Part shown: piece by piece, positions 57,288 to 64,000 of the stretch
How the letters are laid out: each line of letters opens with the position of its first letter
Position numbering within the stretch: the first letter of the stretch is position 1
Source: Candidatus Daviesbacteria bacterium
Lineage (GTDB): Bacteria; Patescibacteriota; Microgenomatia; Daviesbacterales; UBA10151
Assembly: GCA_028687915.1 (NCBI GenBank)
Contig: JAQTZF010000001.1
Coordinates: forward strand, 674,634-738,633
Length of the DNA stretch: 64,000 nucleotides
Direction: 5' to 3'
The notes under the pieces: generated by a model
Database searches by the model: none
Seen by the model: the letters and a program-made list of their open reading frames with translations, nothing else
What the model was told of the DNA's origin: nothing
Program-made: the position numbers and the translations under genes

Positions 57288-58714
57288 GGGTTTACCCTTT
57301 GGTCTTTTGGTTTTAGTTTTACAACAAGCGACTGATATTGACCAGCTTGTCCAACTTTCTTTGTTTCTAAAGTGTTTAGTTTTAAGTAATCCATTACCAA
57401 TGTACCGTAATAGTTATTGCCGTAAGGACCATTGTATATAATGTATTCTGACTCATTTAACTCTTTTAGATAATCATTTCTGTCGACATATGATTGAGGA
57501 AACCGGTTAACTATATTTTTTCTATTAACAAAAGCATAATAAGGATCCGGAATAGCTGATGTAAAAACAGTTCCGTGATCCGGAATAAACTCCTGAATTT
57601 CCTTAATATACTGCTCATAAGAATATTTATCCCCACCTTCCTGAATTAAAATATTCATATGAAATATTAAGTTGGATAAGAAAATTAACAAACATATAAA
57701 AATCAAACCAATAAATTTATATTTAGCAATATCTGTCTTGAGGTAATGCCATTGTTTGTAGTAATTATCAGCCAAAATTAAAAATGAAAGATAAACAAAA
57801 GGTACTATATAAACTGCATACCAGAAGTCTTTATTAAAAAGTAAAACTATCCAGGATAAGGTTAATGATAGGCCCAAAGTAAATAATTGAATACTCTTTT
57901 TGCGATTTAAATAAAGTAGAAATATTATTGAAATAATTAAAAATGAAAAATATATAGTTTTTAATTCAATCGGTTTACTGGTGAAAACAGTAAAAAGCCA
58001 GGAGTCTTGTGCATTTGAGACTTCAATCCTTTTAATGATACTACTAAGTGTTGGTAGTATTCGCAAAATAATTATGCCTGCAAAAATGCTTATAATCCCG
58101 GTAACTGAAGCAATTATTTTTTGGTCGCTTTTTCTTATATCTTTAAATACAAAAGCTGTAATAATAACCTCTGTGACTAAATAGATAAACCCATTAGGAT
58201 GAAACAATAAGGCTAAAATAGCAAACACAAAACTTAGAATAAGCAAAATTAATTTTTCAAAAGAATCAGAAATATATTTAAATAATAAGAAAATTGAAAC
58301 TAATCCGAATAATAAGGTAAAAATTTCTGGTCTTCCAACTCTCATGGACTGAAGAAAAGTAAAGTCAGTAATTAATAAAGCAATTGGTAAGACTGCTAAG
58401 TTAGTTTCGAACTTAAAATCTCTGGTGGTTTTTAAAACAAACATTAAAAATACAACTATAAAAGCAAACCCTGCAAAAGCAGATAAAAGTCTTTGAACTT
58501 CAATAGATATACCCGTAATACTGAATATAGAACTAAGTAAGGGCGGATAAAAGGAGGGGTATTGCCGAAAACCTTCCTGAAAGTTTACGCTAAAAATAGA
58601 TGATATTTGAACTAAAGAAGCCTCGTCTGGCCAAACAGGAGGCTCTTTTAAAAAAAGGTCAAAAGTAATTACAATTAACAAAAAAATAGAGAGGGCTAAT
58701 ATAATTATTTTCAT
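57284..58714 (-). CDS. ArnT/PMT-like glycosyltransferase
   Basis: VWPDEA, RVGRPE, multiple TM helices. Confidence 0.78.
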   Translation of the reverse strand: MKIIILALSIFLLIVITFDLFLKEPPVWPDEASLVQISSIFSVNFQEGFRQYPSFYPPLLSSIFSITGISIEVQRLLSAFAGFAFIVVFLMFVLKTTRDFKFETNLAVLPIALLITDFTFLQSMRVGRPEIFTLLFGLVSIFLLFKYISDSFEKLILLILSFVFAILALLFHPNGFIYLVTEVIITAFVFKDIRKSDQKIIASVTGIISIFAGIIILRILPTLSSIIKRIEVSNAQDSWLFTVFTSKPIELKTIYFSFLIISIIFLLYLNRKKSIQLFTLGLSLTLSWIVLLFNKDFWYAVYIVPFVYLSFLILADNYYKQWHYLKTDIAKYKFIGLIFICLLIFLSNLIFHMNILIQEGGDKYSYEQYIKEIQEFIPDHGTVFTSAIPDPYYAFVNRKNIVNRFPQSYVDRNDYLKELNESEYIIYNGPYGNNYYGTLVMDYLKLNTLETKKVGQAGQYQSLVVKLKPKDQRVNP

Positions 58715-58752
58715 TGATATATCATATACTAAAGCTACCAAAGCGGAATAGC

Positions 58753-60462
58753 ATGACAAAAAAAGGTTATATTTTCTTATTAATTCTGGTTGGCATAATA
58801 GTTTTCTTTAATGTGCTCTTTAATGGTTTTGTTTGGGATGATGAAGAGCAAATCCTAAACAACGTAGCTATACACTCCATAACAAATTTTCCCAATTTTT
58901 TTTCCGGCAGCACTTTTAATACAGGCGGGTCAGGTTCTTTAGGAGGGCTTTATTACAAGCCATTAATGACAACAGCATTTTCAATAATTTATAGCTTATT
59001 TGGACCCTCTCCATTCTTTTTCCATTTTTTTCAGGTTACATTACATATCATTAACTCGATAATTTTATTTTTGGTTCTAAGATATTTGTTTAAAACTTCC
59101 GGAAAGGATTTAATTTCTTTTATTATTTCTTTAATCTTTTTGGTTCATCCTATAAATGTAGAGGCTGTAGTATATATATCTGATTTTCAGGAAGTATTAT
59201 TTTTCTTTTTTGGAATCCTTGCATTTTGGTTAATAGTTTCTAAAAGACTTACATCTTTTAAAAAATATTTTTTACTCTTCTTATTTATGCTTAGCTCCTT
59301 ACTTTCAAAAGAAAGTGGCTTACTTTTTATTTTAATAATTGCCTTATATACCCTAATATTTTCAAGAAATTATTTACGCAATATTTTAATTACAATATTA
59401 ACCACAGTTGCAACTTATTCCTTTTTGCGATTTATCATAGCAGGTATATATTTTAATAAGCATGGCCTTACACCAATATCAATATTACCTGTTCAGGAAA
59501 GGTTGGTAAGTGTACCGAAAATTATTGTATTTTATTTTAAGACTTTTATTTATCCTGTTAATTTATCAATTAGCCAACACTGGATAGTAAAAAACCTGAA
59601 TACACCGGACTTCTTTTTACCACTATTGTTATGTTTATTAATCACCATAGTATTTGGGCTAATTTTCTCATTTCTAAAATCTAAAAAGAGTGATTATCTA
59701 AAACTTTATATATTTTTTATTATCTGGCTAGTTATTGGTATAACGCTGCATTTGCAGATTATTTTCCCGCTTGATATGACAGTTTCAGATCGTTGGTTCT
59801 ATTTTCCAATAATTGGGCTTTTGGGGGTACTTGGGGTTGTGTTTAGCCAATTTAAGTATAATAACCGGATTAAAAATATAGCTTTTTTGTCCCTAGGTAT
59901 TATTATCATCCTATTAAGTATTCGAACAATTAACAGAAACTCCAACTGGAAGGATGGTTTAACCTTATATGGTCATGATGTTTTAGTCTATAATCCTGCA
60001 TTTGATTTAGAGAATAATTATGGAGTAGAACTTTTTCGCGCCAACAGATTTGATGAAGCAGAAAAACATTTTGCGATTTCCACGCAAGTTGCCCCTAACT
60101 GGTGGACTAACTGGAGTAATTTAGGAGTTATTGCAGAAAGAAAGAATAAAATAGAAGAAGCTAAAATTTATTACCAAAGGGCAATTGATAACGGACAATA
60201 CTATTTGGCATATCAAAACCTGGCAAAAATATATTTAGTTTATGAAAGTCCACAAAAGACCGTGGATTTTTGCGAACAATCGTTAAAAATACTGCCAAAT
60301 AACGGATCCCTTTGGACTGTGCTATCCATTGCAGAATATAAATTGAAGCAGACAGACAAATCAATTATTGCCATAAAGAATGCTTATGCTTTAGAGCCAA
60401 ACCAACAAAATTCTTATATCTATTCACGTTTAATACAAAACCTACCTTTAGAGGTACAATAA
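58753..60462 (+). CDS. TMTC-like protein O-glycosyltransferase with TPR repeats
   Basis: FVWDD, YKPL, HPINVEAV, SKE, DRWFY.P, RNSNWKD and TPRs. Confidence 0.85.
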   Translation: MTKKGYIFLLILVGIIVFFNVLFNGFVWDDEEQILNNVAIHSITNFPNFFSGSTFNTGGSGSLGGLYYKPLMTTAFSIIYSLFGPSPFFFHFFQVTLHIINSIILFLVLRYLFKTSGKDLISFIISLIFLVHPINVEAVVYISDFQEVLFFFFGILAFWLIVSKRLTSFKKYFLLFLFMLSSLLSKESGLLFILIIALYTLIFSRNYLRNILITILTTVATYSFLRFIIAGIYFNKHGLTPISILPVQERLVSVPKIIVFYFKTFIYPVNLSISQHWIVKNLNTPDFFLPLLLCLLITIVFGLIFSFLKSKKSDYLKLYIFFIIWLVIGITLHLQIIFPLDMTVSDRWFYFPIIGLLGVLGVVFSQFKYNNRIKNIAFLSLGIIIILLSIRTINRNSNWKDGLTLYGHDVLVYNPAFDLENNYGVELFRANRFDEAEKHFAISTQVAPNWWTNWSNLGVIAERKNKIEEAKIYYQRAIDNGQYYLAYQNLAKIYLVYESPQKTVDFCEQSLKILPNNGSLWTVLSIAEYKLKQTDKSIIAIKNAYALEPNQQNSYIYSRLIQNLPLEVQ

Positions 60463-60481
60463 TTTTGGTATACTAAAAATT

Positions 60482-61216
60482 ATGAAGAATAAAGTAATTA
60501 TTTTGTTAGTTTTAGTCACAATTTTTGGCTTATATCTTAATCGAAGTTATTCCAGAATATATAACAGGGATGAATCACAAATTTCTGACATTTCCTGGCA
60601 AAATCCAACTATAATTAAAAATCCAAATTTCCAAAATACTGTAAAGTATGTTGCCTTAGGTGACAGTCTAACAGTAGGGGTTGGAACTAATGATCGAACA
60701 AAAACTTTACCATATTTGATTAGTCAAAAATTAGCTGGCCAAATGTCTGTGTCATTTGTTAATTTAGCAGTCAGTGGTGCAACTGCAGAAAGTCTGATAA
60801 AGAATCAACTGAATAAGGCTGTGAATGAAAAACCAAACTATGTAACTATTCTGATAGGAACCAATGATTTGCATAGTCTTGTTTCAGTTGAAAAGTACAG
60901 TGAAGAAATGAATCACATAATTAGTTATTTAATAAAAAATACTCAGGCAAAAATAATTATGTTTAACATTCCATATTTAGGATCAGATAGCTTAATTGTT
61001 TTTCCTTATAATTATTTAGTGAATTATCAGGTAGAGAGATATAACCAGGTGCTTACAAAAATTGCAGAGAAGAATAATGTTACTTTGATTGATCTTTATA
61101 AACCAAGCAAAGAATATTTTTCCAAGCAATCAAACTTTTATTCCAGTGATAATTTTCATCCATCAGGAGATGGTTACATAATGTGGTCAAATTTAGTACC
61201 ATCAAAGGATCTTTAA
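60482..61216 (+). CDS. SGNH/GDSL hydrolase
   Basis: GDSLT, GTND, DNFHP. Confidence 0.9.
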   Translation: MKNKVIILLVLVTIFGLYLNRSYSRIYNRDESQISDISWQNPTIIKNPNFQNTVKYVALGDSLTVGVGTNDRTKTLPYLISQKLAGQMSVSFVNLAVSGATAESLIKNQLNKAVNEKPNYVTILIGTNDLHSLVSVEKYSEEMNHIISYLIKNTQAKIIMFNIPYLGSDSLIVFPYNYLVNYQVERYNQVLTKIAEKNNVTLIDLYKPSKEYFSKQSNFYSSDNFHPSGDGYIMWSNLVPSKDL

Positions 61217-61218
61217 TT

Positions 61219-62367
61219 ATGCCAATTCAAATTCAATCAGCAGAAATACAGACACAAATTTTTATAGCTATTCTAGTTCTGGCTATTTTAATAGGTGTAG
61301 CCAGAAGAAAAGAATCTATTTCTTTGGATGTTCAAACCAGCAATGAATTAAAGGGAGTAGGAATCTTAATGGTGGTTTTTGCCCATATTGGTTATTTTTT
61401 GGTATCAGACCATAGATTTCTTTTTCCTATATCTGTAGGAGGAGGAATTGGGGTAAATTTATTTTTCTTTTTATCAGGGTATGGTTTAACAATTTCATCT
61501 TTAAGAAATAAGCTTTCTATCTTAGATTTTTATAAAAAAAGAATAATTAAATTATTTATTCCTATGTGGATGATCTTAATTCTTTTTTTTACTTTAGATT
61601 TTTTTATATTAAACAGGGGATATTCTTTAATTGAAATAATCCAGTCTTTTCTTGGATATTTCCCTAAAGCCAGCTTAATTTATAATGTAAACTCACCTCT
61701 TTGGTTTATTACACCTATTTTATTTTATTATTTTATCTTTCCATTAATATTTAATAAGAAATACTTATCTCTGGTTGCTGTTTTATTAATGGGATCAACA
61801 TATTTGCTGTTATTTAGCCCTTTCATAAGGGATTTATTGGTAAATAATAACTTAGTAGCAGGAGATGTCTTAAGGTTATATAAAACTCATTTTATTGCTT
61901 TTCCTTTAGGCATCATTACTGCAGACTTAGCTACTAATAATTCTTACACCCGTAGTTTGTGGACAGCAATGGCCTCTAGATTTAGAAACCACTTAAATTT
62001 AGTTACACTCTTTAGGATAATTACAATTATTCTAGCTGCATATATCACAGGCTACACAGCTATTTATTCCGGAGTAGGTAAACCAGAATTAATTGAACAA
62101 AACATCAGTATGATTACAACTATTTCAATAATTTACTTATTTTCATTTAACTTTTTTAGATTTAGATTATTAGGGTTACTTGGTATTTTTTCTTATGAAA
62201 TATATTTATTGCATTGGCCAATTTTATCAAGATTTGATCTTCTTTATAAAAACTTTCCTCCTGCAATAGCCACTGTTTTATATTTAGTACTATTCCTGAT
62301 ACTTGGATATTTACTGGATAAAATTTCAAATCTAGCTTCTAACATATTTAGTCAGAAGAAAGGGTAA
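61219..62367 (+). CDS. Acyltransferase family 3 protein
   Basis: LKGVGILMVVFAH, FFFLSGYG, SYEIYLLH. Confidence 0.88.
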   Translation: MPIQIQSAEIQTQIFIAILVLAILIGVARRKESISLDVQTSNELKGVGILMVVFAHIGYFLVSDHRFLFPISVGGGIGVNLFFFLSGYGLTISSLRNKLSILDFYKKRIIKLFIPMWMILILFFTLDFFILNRGYSLIEIIQSFLGYFPKASLIYNVNSPLWFITPILFYYFIFPLIFNKKYLSLVAVLLMGSTYLLLFSPFIRDLLVNNNLVAGDVLRLYKTHFIAFPLGIITADLATNNSYTRSLWTAMASRFRNHLNLVTLFRIITIILAAYITGYTAIYSGVGKPELIEQNISMITTISIIYLFSFNFFRFRLLGLLGIFSYEIYLLHWPILSRFDLLYKNFPPAIATVLYLVLFLILGYLLDKISNLASNIFSQKKG

Positions 62368-62372
62368 TTTGT

Positions 62373-62987
62373 ATGGCTTATTTAATACTTGTCAGACATG
62401 GAGAGTCTATATGGAATGCCCAGGGCTTATGGACAGGACTTGTTGACGTAGATTTATCTCCAACTGGTATAATTGATGCTAAAGAAGCCGGACAATTAAT
62501 TAAGGGGATAAAGCCACAAATAGCCTTTACTTCTAAATTAAAAAGAGCTCAGCACACTCTAAAAGAAATACTCAGGGTTTTAGATATTGATCACATTCCC
62601 ACCTTTGAAACATCTGCTTTAAATGAACGGGATTACGGTGATTTTACAGGAAAAAATAAGTGGGAGATAGAAAAAGAGTATGGTCATAATCAATTTATTA
62701 AATGGAGAAGAGGATGGGATGTCCAGGTTCCTAATGGAGAAAGCTTAAAGGATGTTTATGAACGAGTTGTACCTTATTATGTTGAACACATTTTGCCAAA
62801 ACTTAAATCAGGTAAAAATGTGTTAGTTTCAGCCCATGGAAACAGCTTAAGGGCATTAGTAAAATATCTGGATGATATTTCAGATAAGGATATAACCAAG
62901 CTGGAATTAGAGTACTGTGAGGTCTATATTTACCAAATAAATGAAGATGGACAGATAATATCTAAAGAAGTAAGAGTAAAAGATTAA
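62373..62987 (+). CDS. gpmA: 2,3-BPG-dependent phosphoglycerate mutase
   Basis: LVRHGES, LNERDYG, AHGNSLR. Confidence 0.93.
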   Translation: MAYLILVRHGESIWNAQGLWTGLVDVDLSPTGIIDAKEAGQLIKGIKPQIAFTSKLKRAQHTLKEILRVLDIDHIPTFETSALNERDYGDFTGKNKWEIEKEYGHNQFIKWRRGWDVQVPNGESLKDVYERVVPYYVEHILPKLKSGKNVLVSAHGNSLRALVKYLDDISDKDITKLELEYCEVYIYQINEDGQIISKEVRVKD

Positions 62988-63427
62988 TTACCATATTTTG
63001 AAGATTTCCTGATAAGTTTTGCAGTATAAACTATTTCCCGAAGCTCTCCGTCTTCACCTTCTATCTCAGAAATACCCGACATTTTTTGAAATTCTCTTAA
63101 GTAGTCAGAAAGAGATGCCTGATTCTCAGACATTTCTGATTTTAAGGTTTTCACTTTTTCATTTAAGTCTGCTGCTTGTGGTTGTTTAAGAATTTGCTGT
63201 TTAGTATTAGATTTCACTCTGGCAGCTTCTTTTGCAGCTTTAGCATGAGTTGTATAAGTCTCATCGTTTTCAAAAATATCATTTAAAGCTTCCTGAAACT
63301 TGGTTACCTGTTCCTTTTGAACATCCAGAGTGGAAATAAGATTCTTGATCATTCCTTCCATGTTTAGAACTAATTCTGCGGAATCAACTTGTTTTGGTTT
63401 TACAATTGTTTGGTCGTCTTCGTCCAT
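62984..63427 (-). CDS. Coiled-coil hypothetical protein
   Basis: 147-aa helical ORF with a leaderless promoter. Confidence 0.7.
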   Translation of the reverse strand: MDEDDQTIVKPKQVDSAELVLNMEGMIKNLISTLDVQKEQVTKFQEALNDIFENDETYTTHAKAAKEAARVKSNTKQQILKQPQAADLNEKVKTLKSEMSENQASLSDYLREFQKMSGISEIEGEDGELREIVYTAKLIRKSSKYGN

Positions 63428-63573
63428 GTTTTACTACTATAAACTCCCAAAGACAAAAAGTCTATAGTCTTTCTCAGGAGTTTAAGCTTTGCTTTTTCTA
63501 AAGGCTCTACGCGATTTGTTGCGCTATTATTGCGTGATTTATGGTATAATATGCTTTGTGTTAATATAAAAAT

Positions 63574-64000
63574 ATGTTTAAACCTGTATACAATATCTCA
63601 CCTCAAATTCTTAAAAACATCAGTGAAATTGCAGAGATTAAAGCTGTTATTGAAAGATCTAAAGTACTCCCTTTAAACGAGGCTCAATTAAAACGACAGG
63701 CAATTGTACGTATGGCACATACTTCTACATCTATTGAAGGAAATCCTCTGGCTGAGTTTCAGGTTGATAAAGTTTTGGCAGGTATGTCTATTAACGCTGA
63801 TGATAAATCTATTCAGGAAGTAAGAAATTACCAAAAAGTTTTACAAAGTATTGAACAAATGTCACCGAGTAAAAAATCTATAAGCATTGAAGATATCTTA
63901 AAGTTGCATGGACAGATGATGACAAATTTATTGGAGGATAAGAAAACAGGGCATTTTCGCCCTGGTCCAATTTTTGTGGTTGATGAACTAGGGGATGGGA
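63574..64000 (+). CDS. Fic family protein (3'-truncated by window edge; absent from the ORF track)
   Basis: MFKPVYTISPQILKNISEI...AHTSTSIEGNPL...EVRNY...LH...GHFR. Confidence 0.8.
   Translation, partial: MFKPVYNISPQILKNISEIAEIKAVIERSKVLPLNEAQLKRQAIVRMAHTSTSIEGNPLAEFQVDKVLAGMSINADDKSIQEVRNYQKVLQSIEQMSPSKKSISIEDILKLHGQMMTNLLEDKKTGHFRPGPIFVVDELGDG

Noticed and set aside
1-64000. Alternative genetic code (TGA as Gly/Trp)
   Set aside because: Conserved genes are full length under code 11, and some (e.g. hsdS) end properly at TGA

Overview
AT-rich bacterial chromosome segment using the standard code (TGA is a stop). It is most likely from a Patescibacteria/CPR (Microgenomates-like) genome; this is an inference from the gene content and from widespread leaderless starts, where a -10 box sits 6-9 nt before the start codon with no SD. 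Bases 1 to ~25,980 are the right part of an integrative conjugative-like element inserted at tRNA-Lys(CTT). It carries a type I R-M system, a large unknown Zn-ribbon/PD-(D/E)xK nuclease, a minimal Gram-positive-type T4SS (pilin, pilin-VirB6 fusion, PrgI, VirB4, M23 peptidase), ion/sugar-transport cargo, a Replic_Relax relaxase, a VirD4-like coupling protein and a large serine recombinase whose C-terminus is encoded antisense to the tRNA. The remainder is host backbone (7 tRNAs in the window in total, dus, purA, purB, dinB, ABC-F, sortase, a GT-C glycosylation cluster, gpmA, a partial Fic gene) interspersed with ORFans. The most notable unexplained signals are: (1) a CYATAG(K)TTGA motif fused to the -35 box of at least 7 ORFan/variable genes, including an exact 17-bp direct repeat bracketing one ORFan at the tRNA-His 3' end; (2) partial self-copies, interrupted by small hairpins, next to four tRNA genes; (3) two related promoter-to-terminator small RNAs and a third structured RNA; (4) a YegP mRNA closed by a 25-bp 5'-3' helix; (5) a GGG(T/G)-N7-GGGT box shared by the dinB and yegP promoters.
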